DNA of 64,000 nt from Candidatus Caldarchaeum sp. (GTDB lineage Archaea > Thermoproteota > Nitrososphaeria_A > Caldarchaeales > Caldarchaeaceae): contig JAWBKB010000005.1 in the NCBI GenBank assembly GCA_038831915.1, positions 26,250-90,249 on the forward strand, read 5' to 3'. The notes beneath the pieces are model-generated. The model did not search any database. It was not told the origin of the DNA and saw nothing but the letters and a program-made list of their open reading frames with translations. A program made the translations under genes and the position numbers. Shown one piece after another: positions 18,076 through 30,372 of this stretch. Numbering within the stretch: the stretch's first letter is position 1; the number at the start of each line of letters is the position of its first letter.

Positions 18076-20784
18076 CTACATTAGTTTTCGGAGGACGTAC
18101 TGCAGTATGCCACCGTGTTTATAGTATTCGATTTCGATTTTTGTGTCGAGGCGTGCTGTTACGGTGAATTGTTTGACGTTTCCGGCATCGTCTACGGCTG
18201 TTACTTGGAGTTTTTTCTTTGGTGTAAGGCCTTCGCTGATTCCCTGGATGGTGTATGTTTCGCGGCCCGTGAGTCCGAGCTGCTTCCATCCTTCGCCTTC
18301 CTGAAACTGCAGCGGTAGCACGCCCATGCCGACGAGGTTGCTGCGATGTATGCGTTCATAGCCTTCGGCGATTACGGCCCTTACTCCGAGAAGCCGCGTG
18401 CCCTTAGCAGCCCAGTCACGTGAACTACCTGCTCCATACATTTTTCCCGCGAGAACGATTAACGGTGTTCCAGAAGCGGCGTAACGCATCGCCGCATCGT
18501 AAATGGTTGTTACCTCACCCGTCGGGTGGTAGATTGTCCACCATCCTTCCTTTCCTTCGACGAGCAGGTTTTTCAGCCGGATGTTTGCGAAAGTGCCGCG
18601 TATCATGACTTCGTGGTTGCCGCGTCGCGCGCCGTAGGTGTTGAAGTCGACCGGGTCGACTCCGTGTTCGATGAGATATTTGCCTGATGGGCTGTTTACA
18701 GGTATGGCTCCCGCTGGTGAGATGTGGTCCGTGGTGACTCTGTCGCCTAAAAGGACGAGGACTCGGGCGTTGACGATGTCGGTCGGTTCCTCTGGTTGTC
18801 TGGTCATGTTGATGAAATACGGCGGTTCTCGGACATAGGTTGACTGAGGGTCCCATTCAAAGGATTCGCCGGCTGGAGCTTTGAGAGATTCCCATCTTTC
18901 TTCACCCTTGAGGATGTCTCTGTATCGTTTGATGAATACGTCGGGGTTGACTGATTTGCTTATTGTATCTCTGATTTCTTCGAGCGATGGCCAGATGTCA
19001 CGTAGGTAGACTGGTTTTCCGTCGGCGCTGTATCCAAGGGGTTCGTTGAACATGTCGATGTCGATTCGGCCAGCAAGGCCGTATGCGACGACGAGCATGG
19101 GGGACATGAGGTAGCTGGCTCGGACGTGTGGGTTGATGCGGCCTTCGAAGTTGCGGTTTCCGCTGAGAACGGCGACTGTGTAAAGGTTTCGGGCCTTGAT
19201 TTGTTCGACGATTTTCTCCGGCAGCGGGCCACTGTTGCCGATGCACGTGGTGCAACCATATCCGACGAGGCTGTATCCGAGTTTTTCGAGGTAGGTGCTG
19301 AGACCTGAACGCTCAAGGTATTCGGTGACGGCCATCGAGCCGGGTGCGAGGCTTGTTTTAACATACGGCGGTGTTCTCAGTCCCTTTTCCACTGCTTTCT
19401 TCGCCAAAAGACCGGCGCCTATCATGACAGATGGGTTGGATGTGTTGGTGCAGCTTGTTATCGCCGCGATCACAACCGAGCCATGACTCATTTCGTCCCG
19501 GTTCTCCCTGACAACCGAAACCGATGTCCGTGGTCCTCCGCCTTCATAATACCATTCACGTGTGTTTTCGTTGAAGACAATTCCCATCTGTCTGAGAAAC
19601 GCTTCCATTATTTCGCGTGTTTTCTTCTTGGCTTTACGGAGTGATATGCGGTCTTCGGGGTTGGCGGGCCCGGCTATCGACGGCTCCACCGTTGAGAGGT
19701 CGAGTTCGAGAACGGTTGAATATTCAGGTGTTTGGTCTGGGTCGTGGAAAAGTCCTTGAAGCTTGGCATATGTTTCGACGAGTTTAACATGTTTTTCGGG
19801 TCTTCCAGTTAAGCGTAGGTAGTTGAGTGTTTCGTGGTCGATGGGGAAGTATCCTATGGTTGCGCCGTATTCGGGAGCCATGTTGGCGATGGTGGCTCTG
19901 TCGGGTACGCTGAGTTTTCCAACGCTGGGTCCGAAAAATTCGACGAATTTGCCGACGACACCATGTTTTCTCAGCATTTCGGTGATGGTGAGGACAAGGT
20001 CGGTCGCGGTTGTTCCTTCACGTAGCTCGCCGACCAGCTTAACACCCACTACTTCGGGCGTTGTCATGTAGTAGGGCTGGCCGAGCATCACCGCTTCAGC
20101 CTCAATACCGCCGACACCCCATCCAACCACACCCAAACCGTTAACCATCGGAGTATGCGAATCAGTTCCAAGCACCGTGTCGGGGAAAACCGTCAACCCG
20201 TCGCCGAAATCACGCACATCCACGACCTTCGCCAAATATTCGAGGTTGACTTGATGAACGATGCCGCGGCCCGGCGGAATGACTCGGAAGTTTTTGAAAG
20301 CGTTCTGCGCCCATTTCAGGAAGACGTATCTCTCGGTGTTGCGGCGGAATTCGTATTCGAGGTTGAGGGAGAAAGCTTCCGGTATTCCGAAGAAATCGAC
20401 TTGGACGGAGTGGTCGATGACGAGGTCGACCGGGATGCTTGGGTTGACTTTGGATGGGTCGAGGCCGTTTCTTTTCATCGCCGAACGCATTGCGGCCAAG
20501 TCGACTAAAGCCGGGACGCCGGTGAAATCTTGGAGCAGTACACGCGTAGGCATGAACGGAACCTCTCGTTTACCACCGGATTTGTACTGAACCGCCTCTG
20601 CGACATCTTCGTCGGTGCAGATGTACCCGTCTTCGTTGCGTAGAACGTTTTCCACGAAAACTTTAATGCTGTACGGAAGCTTCGCCAGCTTGAACAGCCC
20701 AGCCTCTTCAAGCGTCTGAAGAGAATAATACCGATATTTTTCATCGTTGACGGTGACGGTTTTCGCGGAATTTTGCTTCAGCAA
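18076..20784 (-). CDS. acnA: Aconitate hydratase A
   Basis: QDFTGVP, DHSVQVD, GTDSHT, AITSCTNTSNP, GYGCTTCIGNSG, GSSRDWAAKG. Confidence 0.97.
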   Translation of the reverse strand: MLKQNSAKTVTVNDEKYRYYSLQTLEEAGLFKLAKLPYSIKVFVENVLRNEDGYICTDEDVAEAVQYKSGGKREVPFMPTRVLLQDFTGVPALVDLAAMRSAMKRNGLDPSKVNPSIPVDLVIDHSVQVDFFGIPEAFSLNLEYEFRRNTERYVFLKWAQNAFKNFRVIPPGRGIVHQVNLEYLAKVVDVRDFGDGLTVFPDTVLGTDSHTPMVNGLGVVGWGVGGIEAEAVMLGQPYYMTTPEVVGVKLVGELREGTTATDLVLTITEMLRKHGVVGKFVEFFGPSVGKLSVPDRATIANMAPEYGATIGYFPIDHETLNYLRLTGRPEKHVKLVETYAKLQGLFHDPDQTPEYSTVLELDLSTVEPSIAGPANPEDRISLRKAKKKTREIMEAFLRQMGIVFNENTREWYYEGGGPRTSVSVVRENRDEMSHGSVVIAAITSCTNTSNPSVMIGAGLLAKKAVEKGLRTPPYVKTSLAPGSMAVTEYLERSGLSTYLEKLGYSLVGYGCTTCIGNSGPLPEKIVEQIKARNLYTVAVLSGNRNFEGRINPHVRASYLMSPMLVVAYGLAGRIDIDMFNEPLGYSADGKPVYLRDIWPSLEEIRDTISKSVNPDVFIKRYRDILKGEERWESLKAPAGESFEWDPQSTYVREPPYFINMTRQPEEPTDIVNARVLVLLGDRVTTDHISPAGAIPVNSPSGKYLIEHGVDPVDFNTYGARRGNHEVMIRGTFANIRLKNLLVEGKEGWWTIYHPTGEVTTIYDAAMRYAASGTPLIVLAGKMYGAGSSRDWAAKGTRLLGVRAVIAEGYERIHRSNLVGMGVLPLQFQEGEGWKQLGLTGRETYTIQGISEGLTPKKKLQVTAVDDAGNVKQFTVTARLDTKIEIEYYKHGGILQYVLRKLM

Positions 20785-20819
20785 GTCTGAGAACAGGCTG
20801 GAAACCCAGCTATTAACTG

Positions 20820-21149
20820 CTACCGTTGACCCTGCTGCTTTTTCAGCAGGTCTTCAAGTGTATATCCAGATTCAGGCGGTGGAGTCTTTTTCATCACTGG
20901 TTCCTCGACGGCTACCTGAAGAAGCGATGTCTTCAAAACTTTTTCGAGTCGTTTCACAAGGTCGAGAGGTGGGTTGAACCCGCCGTGCTCGATTTTTTTG
21001 ATGATGGTTTCCTTGGTTTTCACGAGGGCTGCGAGCTCAGCCTGCGAAAGCCCAAGCTTCTCTCTTTCACGTCGAACAACTTGGCCGAGATCATCAACAT
21101 ATTCATATTCGATTTCAATGTCTTTTCTCGGCCGAGCTGATTTCGACAT
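20820..21149 (-). CDS. Archaeal MBF1-like HTH protein lacking the N-terminal Zn ribbon
   Basis: YVDDLGQVVRREREKLGLSQAELA..IKKIEHG..P..KRLEKVL plus the C-terminal YTLEDL motif typical of aMBF1. Confidence 0.75.
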   Translation of the reverse strand: MSKSARPRKDIEIEYEYVDDLGQVVRREREKLGLSQAELAALVKTKETIIKKIEHGGFNPPLDLVKRLEKVLKTSLLQVAVEEPVMKKTPPPESGYTLEDLLKKQQGQR

Positions 21150-21174
21150 GTATCATCTATGTTCATAGATGGGT

Positions 21175-21876
21175 TTAAGGTTTTTCCGTTAAACTCTGTT
21201 CAACAAAGCAGAGAACTCGTGAAACCACCGTCCAAGCTTCGAGAGGCCCCGGATAGATAGATGCCTCAACATCGGCTAAGCTTTTTGTTTCATCCCTGAA
21301 ATCACCATGTGGAAAACATCCGACGAGAACGCAGGGCCGTGGAACGGTCAATATATCCGACCCGAACAAACGCCCGGATATCTGCAGTCCTTTCTCAGAC
21401 ATCAAGATGGTTTTCGAAACGTTAACTCTCTGAATAAATTTTTTCAGGGAAATCTGTTCCAGCCGGAGAAGCTCCAGCCCCGTGTCAGACACTATTCTTT
21501 CTTCTGCGAAAAGCTTCTCAAACACCCCTTTAAACCGTTCATACACTCGGGGCAGCCTAACGGCTGGGTTGACGTAGATGATGTGGCCGCTGCATGTCGC
21601 CACATAGGTTTCGAGACGGTTTCCGATGTTGAGCGGAGAGCCCAGAGCTTCGAGCAGACAGAAATGAACGATGTCGGGTCTACCGCGTTTTGCGTTGTCT
21701 GGGAGACGTTTCATCGCGTGGTGATGATATGAACGGTCGAGGAGAATTTCACTGGGTTGTTTTCCCCGCCGCCTCGCGTCGTTAATAACAGCTGGGTGGT
21801 TTTGAATTTCGGGCGGAACAGTTTCCAACGCCGCCTCCACGAGAATCAAGACCAGTTTTTCAAACAACAATAACAA
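21175..21876 (-). CDS. nep1: 16S rRNA pseudouridine N1-methyltransferase Nep1/Emg1
   Basis: LLDRSYH, RGRPDIVH, RLPRVYERFKG, GCFPHGDF. Confidence 0.92.
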   Translation of the reverse strand: MLLLFEKLVLILVEAALETVPPEIQNHPAVINDARRRGKQPSEILLDRSYHHHAMKRLPDNAKRGRPDIVHFCLLEALGSPLNIGNRLETYVATCSGHIIYVNPAVRLPRVYERFKGVFEKLFAEERIVSDTGLELLRLEQISLKKFIQRVNVSKTILMSEKGLQISGRLFGSDILTVPRPCVLVGCFPHGDFRDETKSLADVEASIYPGPLEAWTVVSRVLCFVEQSLTEKP

Positions 21877-21907
21877 TAAACATTAGTGGGTTTTATTGTT
21901 ATGAGAA

Positions 21908-22237
21908 GTGAAGACAGGGAAACAGCAGGTCAAGGTCCTCAAGCTCGTCGAGAAAACGCTGCGGTTTGCTGAGGAATTTTACAGCCAGAATCCGGAAAGA
22001 GCGGTTGAAGCCGTAAAACTCGCCATGCGGATTTGTCAGAAGAAACGGGTTCGACTGCCGCCGAAGCTCAAACGAAAGTTTTGCCGGAAATGCGGAACGC
22101 CGTTCGTCGGGCCGTCGACTGTTTCCGTCCGAGTGAGACCACGTCCAACCCCTCACGTTGTGGTTAAATGCAAAGTCTGCGGATTCATGAGAAGGTTCTT
22201 GATTAGAAAGAAGGCGAAAACCATGGGGTTTCGCTGA
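21908..22237 (+). CDS. rpp21: RNase P protein component Rpp21/Rpr2
   Basis: KRKFCRKC...VRVR...VVKCKVCG zinc ribbon. Confidence 0.85.
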   Translation: MKTGKQQVKVLKLVEKTLRFAEEFYSQNPERAVEAVKLAMRICQKKRVRLPPKLKRKFCRKCGTPFVGPSTVSVRVRPRPTPHVVVKCKVCGFMRRFLIRKKAKTMGFR

Positions 22238-22292
22238 CTGCATGCCGTGAAAGAGCACCTTAAAATACGGACCTTATGTCGTGTTATGCAGC

Positions 22293-22718
22293 TTGACTGA
22301 CGTGGTTCGTTCAGTGGAAGCCGAAAAACTAATTAATCGTGTAGCGATGTATCTCAAAAATAACCAGCTGGTTGTGCCTCCGTCGTGGGCTATGTTTGCA
22401 AAAACATCGGTGGCGAAGGAAGAGCCGCCGCGCAATCCTGACTGGTGGTTTGTCAGGGCTGCTTCGATGCTGCGGAAGCTCTACATACACGGGCCTCTCG
22501 GTGTTTCCCGGATGAGAAAATTCTACGGTGGACGTCATAGGGTTGGAATGGCGCCGCCCTACTTCGCTAAGGGAAGCGGCGCCGTTGTGAGGAAAATTCT
22601 GCAACAACTCGAGAATGCGGGACTTGTTTCAACGATGCCGAAAAAAGGCCGTGCAATAACACTCAAAGGAATCAAGCTGTTAGAGCAAGCTGCGAGAACC
22701 ATTTCCTCAGCAAAATAG
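22293..22718 (+). CDS. rps19e: 30S ribosomal protein S19e
   Basis: PSWAMFAKT, DWWFVRAASMLRKLY, YGGR, GSGAVVRKILQQLE; likely TTG start at 22293. Confidence 0.95.
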   Translation: MTDVVRSVEAEKLINRVAMYLKNNQLVVPPSWAMFAKTSVAKEEPPRNPDWWFVRAASMLRKLYIHGPLGVSRMRKFYGGRHRVGMAPPYFAKGSGAVVRKILQQLENAGLVSTMPKKGRAITLKGIKLLEQAARTISSAK

Positions 22719-22952
22719 TTAGAGCCGAAAACGAAGTAGTAGGAAGACAAGAAGCAAAATAAGTATCAGTATTGGCGACGTGCCGACAAATATGCCGTCC
22801 ACGCGGAAACCAATCAACAGAAGAGGATGAACTTTCTCCAAATCTGTGAAGTACCGCGCGAGAAACGGTATGGCTATCAGGGTTGCACCGACGATTATTA
22901 AGAGAAGCCCGAGCATGATGGCCCATCCCGAGAACAAATCCTGATGCATCAT
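22719..22952 (-). CDS. Small two-TM membrane protein (unknown function)
   Basis: Two hydrophobic segments; overlaps the upstream PRTase gene. Confidence 0.7.
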   Translation of the reverse strand: MMHQDLFSGWAIMLGLLLIIVGATLIAIPFLARYFTDLEKVHPLLLIGFRVDGIFVGTSPILILILLLVFLLLRFRL

Positions 22953-23608
22953 ATTCCCAGCTCCGCGGATGCTTTGGTGAGTATGTTCAGAACTTCTTGG
23001 TCTTCGAGTTGCTCGAATTTGTCGTAGAACTGGCCGATGGCGAAGAACTGGGTCGGGGTTTCGAGGACGACTACGTCGTCGGCGATTTTTTTGAGTTTTT
23101 CCACGGTTTCCGGCGGAGCCACGGGAACCGCGACGATGATTTTTCCAGCCCCTTGGTGCCGGGCCATGTGGACCGCGGCCTTCATCGTGAGGCCCGTGGC
23201 AAGCCCATCGTCGACCAACACAACCGTTCGTCCCCTAAGAGGAGACATGGGTCTACCGCGTCTGTAAATCTGTGCTCTCCTCTGTATCTCTTTCTTTTCT
23301 TCTTCAGCCTTTTGTTCGACGTATGTTTTCGACACGCCCAAGATGGCGGCTATTTCTTCGTCGATGAAAATCGTCCCATCCTCTGACACGGCTCCAACAG
23401 CTAGCTCAGGCTGGCCGGGCGCGCCCACCTTGCGGGTTATCACCACATCCAAAGGACATTTCAGCTCTTTCGCCACCTCGTATCCAACAACAATGCCGCC
23501 CCGTGGTATCGCCATCACCACACAGCTCCCCTGATAGAACCTTTTCAAATATTTGGCGAGTTTTCTCCCCGCGTCCACACGGTCGGCGAATAACAACTCA
23601 ATTAACAA
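22949..23608 (-). CDS. Phosphoribosyltransferase family protein
   Basis: FADRVDAG, IPRGG, PRPP motif VLVDDGLATG, AIGQFY. Confidence 0.9.
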   Translation of the reverse strand: MLIELLFADRVDAGRKLAKYLKRFYQGSCVVMAIPRGGIVVGYEVAKELKCPLDVVITRKVGAPGQPELAVGAVSEDGTIFIDEEIAAILGVSKTYVEQKAEEEKKEIQRRAQIYRRGRPMSPLRGRTVVLVDDGLATGLTMKAAVHMARHQGAGKIIVAVPVAPPETVEKLKKIADDVVVLETPTQFFAIGQFYDKFEQLEDQEVLNILTKASAELGI

Positions 23609-23623
23609 TTTGCTGGTTTACTT

Positions 23624-25297
23624 TTAGATGTTTCGCCTAGTTAGGTTGAAGAACCAGAAAAACACAGCGAGGAAAGCCGTAATCATCGAAATGGCGTTGC
23701 TGCCAGCGTAGCTGAGAGTTGCCGGAGTAATTCCGTATCCTTCAAGCTCGACGGAGTAGGGTTTGCCAGTGATAGGGTTTAACAGACGTTCGACAGGTGC
23801 GTAGCTGTCCGTCAAAACAGGGTATTCGTCGAGCTGTGGAATCACGGTCCATAGGTTTGTTTTGATTTTTTCGGCCAGCCATGGGTTTTTCACTTTTTCG
23901 GCGGCTTGTTCAAGGCTGCATGACTCCGAAACACAGGCTACGAGGATGAGGTTTTGAACAAATCCGCCAGCGTTTTCAGATGCCCTGAACACGAAAAGCT
24001 TCGGAAAAACTTTGGACACCGTCGCATATTCGGCCCAGAAAATTTCCGACGTATCGCCTGTAAGGGAAGCGATTAAGTTGATCACGAGGACGCCGTTGCT
24101 GGTCATTTTTTCACGGAGAAGCCTGTAAAACTCCACCGTCATTAAATGGAAGGGAACATATGTTTTGGCGTATGCATCCATCACCACGACATCGTAGACC
24201 CGGTCGGTTTTCGTAAGAAACACGCGGCCGTCGTCGACAAAAACTCTCAGCCTACTGTCTTCCGGGACAGAGAAGAATTTGCGCGCGGCTTCGACGACGT
24301 CGGGGTCGATTTCCACGACGTCAACCAACATCCTGGGATAATGTTTGAGGAAGTATTTAGGCCCGGACATTCCTCCGCCTCCGATGAACAAAACCGTCGT
24401 GGAATTCGGGTTGAGCGCGGGCCCTATTTCGAAGAACCGTGTGTATGGAAAGACGAGGTCGTAGGGATTGTTTAGAGATGCAGCGCTGTGTGGTAGGCCG
24501 TTTAGGTAGAGGGTGATGATGTCTTGTTGTTTGACGACGACGAGGCTGTTGTAAAGTGTTTCACGCGTGTAGATAACCTCGCCTCCGGTGGCTGCAACGG
24601 TTTGTGCAAAATATCCAACCGGTGTGAAAACCACGATGAGGAGGATCGCCGCGAGAAATTTCGCCGTCTTGGACAAGTAGAAAGCTGAAACGACCATTAG
24701 CAAGGCACCGCTTCCCAGCACCACGGTGCGGACGTCGAAATATGGTAGAAGTCCGAAAACCGTGAGAAACGTGCCCACTATGCTACCTATCGTCGAGAGC
24801 GAATAGATGTCGCCGGCTGAAGCGCCGATTTTTCCCCGTGCTGTTGCCAGCAGCTTTATCGCGTAGGGGCTGACCATTCCCATGGGAACGGTTGGTGGGG
24901 CGAGAAGTATGAACGTAGCCAAAAGAGGCCCCGCCTGCTCTCCGAGTTTAAGCGACTCGATGAATTCAAGCACGGCCGGTGAAAAGAACGGAATGACGAA
25001 GGTGAGCAACCCAGCTGTGAAGACTATCGATGCGAAGGTTTTACCGCTAGGGTTGACGTCGGCAAGCCTTCCGCCCACCCGGTAACCAACCGCAAGAGAC
25101 AGCAAAACAACGCCAATCAAGCTACCCCAAACATAGATGCTGTTTCCGAAAATAGGAGCGAGAAGACGGCTCGCCGCCATCTCCAACCCCATCGCAACAG
25201 CTCCAGACGCAAACACCAAAACAAAAAGCCCGAAACCTTTCAAACCAGTCCAAACCCATCGCCGGAAACGGTCCAAAAATAGGTTTTCAAAAAACAA
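23624..25297 (-). CDS. Fused membrane domain / spermidine-synthase-like methyltransferase
   Basis: N-terminal multi-TM domain (RLLAPIFG, GSIVGT) and C-terminal IGGGG, VEIDP, DGRVFL, DAY. Confidence 0.85.
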   Translation of the reverse strand: MFFENLFLDRFRRWVWTGLKGFGLFVLVFASGAVAMGLEMAASRLLAPIFGNSIYVWGSLIGVVLLSLAVGYRVGGRLADVNPSGKTFASIVFTAGLLTFVIPFFSPAVLEFIESLKLGEQAGPLLATFILLAPPTVPMGMVSPYAIKLLATARGKIGASAGDIYSLSTIGSIVGTFLTVFGLLPYFDVRTVVLGSGALLMVVSAFYLSKTAKFLAAILLIVVFTPVGYFAQTVAATGGEVIYTRETLYNSLVVVKQQDIITLYLNGLPHSAASLNNPYDLVFPYTRFFEIGPALNPNSTTVLFIGGGGMSGPKYFLKHYPRMLVDVVEIDPDVVEAARKFFSVPEDSRLRVFVDDGRVFLTKTDRVYDVVVMDAYAKTYVPFHLMTVEFYRLLREKMTSNGVLVINLIASLTGDTSEIFWAEYATVSKVFPKLFVFRASENAGGFVQNLILVACVSESCSLEQAAEKVKNPWLAEKIKTNLWTVIPQLDEYPVLTDSYAPVERLLNPITGKPYSVELEGYGITPATLSYAGSNAISMITAFLAVFFWFFNLTRRNI

Positions 25298-25340
25298 CTT
25301 TTAAAGGAGCTTTACCTGATGTGCCACACGGTGTTTACAG

Positions 25341-25559
25341 GTGGGAGAACCCATTTACGAGTCGCGGATTCTTTACCAATGCGTGAAATGCGGCCGTGTC
25401 TTTGAAAAGGATAAACTCAGCAAAGGCGACACCCGATGTCCCTACTGCACCCCGGTCGTCTACGTTATCAAGAAAGCAAAGTCTCCGACGGCCAAGCTGA
25501 TTAAAACTTCGGAGCTCGGCCGGGACAGCAGTCTTCAGATGTTTGAGAACATGTCGTAA
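25341..25559 (+). CDS. rpoP: DNA-directed RNA polymerase subunit P (Rpo12)
   Basis: YQCVKCG...RCPYC...IKK zinc ribbon of the expected size. Confidence 0.75.
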   Translation: MGEPIYESRILYQCVKCGRVFEKDKLSKGDTRCPYCTPVVYVIKKAKSPTAKLIKTSELGRDSSLQMFENMS

Positions 25560-25649
25560 TACCTGGGAATATTGATAGTAATTGCGGAAAATCTCCGCTC
25601 GGCGCGAGTGATGTAAAAGACGTAAAGCGAGGCTCGTGGCCCGGGGTTC

Positions 25650-26395
25650 ATGGCTCCGCTGGTCAACGACCTTTACTTCACGACTTTGATGTGGGTTGTT
25701 TCTGTCATAGGAGTTTTTCTTCTCGTGAGAATGTTTTTCGCTCCTCTACTTGACCTTGTTTCGCAGCGGTTGGCCGGCGTCCTCCGTTTGACGGGTTCAG
25801 CGTTCCTCTATGGTGGTTTGGCCGTTAAGCTGGTTGAACTCTTAGCAGCTGACTTGGTTTTAGCGTCTGCATGCGGTTTGTCGTTGTTGGCTTTGTCGGT
25901 TTACGGGTTTAGGTCGTTGAAGCTGATGGTTTTAGGTGATGTGTTGAAAGCTGTCGGCGTTTTGAGAGAGGGCGACTACGTCATGTTTGGAAGCCGTGTC
26001 GCGAAAATAACCGAGGTCACGGCGACGCACACTGTTTTAACCACGTCGGATTTGCGGAAAATCTACGTTCCCAACGACAGGCTTCTTTCACGGAAATTCG
26101 TCAACATCACGAGGTCTGGAGCCGGTGTTTTGACCGTCCGCATCACCATTGACACACGTCAGGTCGGTGTTCCAGACGCCAAACTCATCCTCCTGAAAAC
26201 CGGAACGGACATCGCCAAAGCCGAATCAGCGCCCAACCGGGCGGCTGATGTCCGCGTCGAAAAAATCGAAGGCAACTACGTAACCCTTAGGCTGACGCTT
26301 TACCTGCTCAACCCGGCTAAAGCGGAGCCGCTGGCATCCCACATCATGGAAAGAGTTCACACAAAGCTGATGGAAGCAACCGCTGAAGCCCGGAT

Positions 26396-26399
<4 letters not shown>
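25650..26399 (+). CDS. MscS-family mechanosensitive channel-like protein
   Basis: TM helices followed by REGDYV..ITEV..TVL..IYVPN MscS beta domain. Confidence 0.7.
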
Positions 26400-29016
<2,617 letters not shown>

Positions 29017-29109
29017 CCCTGAACCATTAATCCAAAGCCTCGATAATTAGTGATATTCCGAATAGCTTTAAATCCACGTGCCAGCCATCGCTTCCTCGGT
29101 GAAAAGACT

Positions 29110-29367
29110 CTGGGCAAGGTGAGGACACGCAAAGTCAAAACACTTTCCAAAACTATCGCAGAATCATATCCAGACCGTGTGTCGACAAGCTTTGAAGAGA
29201 ACAAAAAACTGGTGAGAGAAGTTCTTGAAGGCCGTTTTTCGAAGAAGCTTTCTAACAGGATTGCGGGCTATCTCGTGACTTTGAAGAAGCTTGAGCTGAA
29301 GAAGCAGAAAGCCGCTGCTGAAGCGGAGACGCCGGAGGCATCATCTCCGGAGCCTCAAGCTGAATAG
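29110..29367 (+). CDS. rps17e: 30S ribosomal protein S17e
   Basis: GKVRT..VK, FEENK, SKKLSNRIAGYL; the conserved N-terminus begins at a CTG codon. Confidence 0.9.
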   Translation: MGKVRTRKVKTLSKTIAESYPDRVSTSFEENKKLVREVLEGRFSKKLSNRIAGYLVTLKKLELKKQKAAAEAETPEASSPEPQAE

Positions 29368-30285
29368 TAGCACTGCAACAAGAACCACTATAACCGCAAC
29401 CGGTATCAGCAGCTCTAAGACCTGAGGCCCAGCTGGAGCCGGTGTTGTCTGCGGCTGCGGCGTTGTAACGATTGTGATTGGTGTTGTAGGTGTCTGCGGG
29501 GTGGTGGGTGTTGTCTGTTGAAGAGTTATCAAGGTCGTGATTGTTTCGGTCCTAACACCGCCCGGAACTATTACCGTTTGCGTCACGGTCGTCGGAGTAA
29601 CTACCTGTGTAGTCACGTAACTCATCGGCGAAACTCTTGAACTAAACATGTAAGTCGTGCCTTCCCTTATTTCGGTGAAAATTGTCGTGAGTCTCGTGAA
29701 CGGAATCTCTATTCCCGTGACCGTGGTCCCTTCAAAAGATAGGGTGATTCCAGGGTTAGCTATGACTATGGTTGCGGGCACCGAATCAGCGATATACCGA
29801 ATAATTTCAGTCACTGTCATGATGTTGCAGTTTTCCTGAATCGCGCCATAAATCATCATCGGAACTGCGTAACCATTCATGGTCAACGTCATGGGTCTGA
29901 AGTCTGTCCGCATCGCGGTTGTGCCGCCCACCACCGAAGTAAACGCCGTTGAAATCTCACGGATTGTGAAGACCGTGCTGATGGTGGTTCCAGGAAAAGT
30001 GACTGTTACTCCTGGGATAGTTATCGCGGTGGGAGGCGGTAGAGCAGTGAAAGTGATGGTGCATGTCTGGTCTTGCTCATATACTTCAAGAATCAAAGTG
30101 TAGCCGGGCATAGTAATCGTCGCGACGATTGTTGTTCCAGCTATCACGGTTTGAGTCGTGTAAGTTGTCGGTGGAATGGTGACCACGCGAGTGGTCGTGG
30201 TGGTTATCACCTGCTGGCTTTCAACAAACCCGAAAAGACCAATTATCAACAAAACAACTACGCCAACTAAAGGAACAAAACGCAA
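29341..30285 (-). CDS. Secreted Thr/Val/Ile-rich protein with C-terminal membrane anchor
   Basis: Signal peptide, 11-residue PGTT-like periodicity, PT linker, C-terminal TM followed by RLRR. Confidence 0.75.
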   Translation of the reverse strand: MRFVPLVGVVVLLIIGLFGFVESQQVITTTTTRVVTIPPTTYTTQTVIAGTTIVATITMPGYTLILEVYEQDQTCTITFTALPPPTAITIPGVTVTFPGTTISTVFTIREISTAFTSVVGGTTAMRTDFRPMTLTMNGYAVPMMIYGAIQENCNIMTVTEIIRYIADSVPATIVIANPGITLSFEGTTVTGIEIPFTRLTTIFTEIREGTTYMFSSRVSPMSYVTTQVVTPTTVTQTVIVPGGVRTETITTLITLQQTTPTTPQTPTTPITIVTTPQPQTTPAPAGPQVLELLIPVAVIVVLVAVLLFSLRLRR

Positions 30286-30372
30286 GACCTAAGCCCCTCG
30301 ATAAGTAAACCGCGATGGCTATAAGGGTTTCCAGATAATGATAAATAAGCTTCACACCGTTATGCAGCTGGG

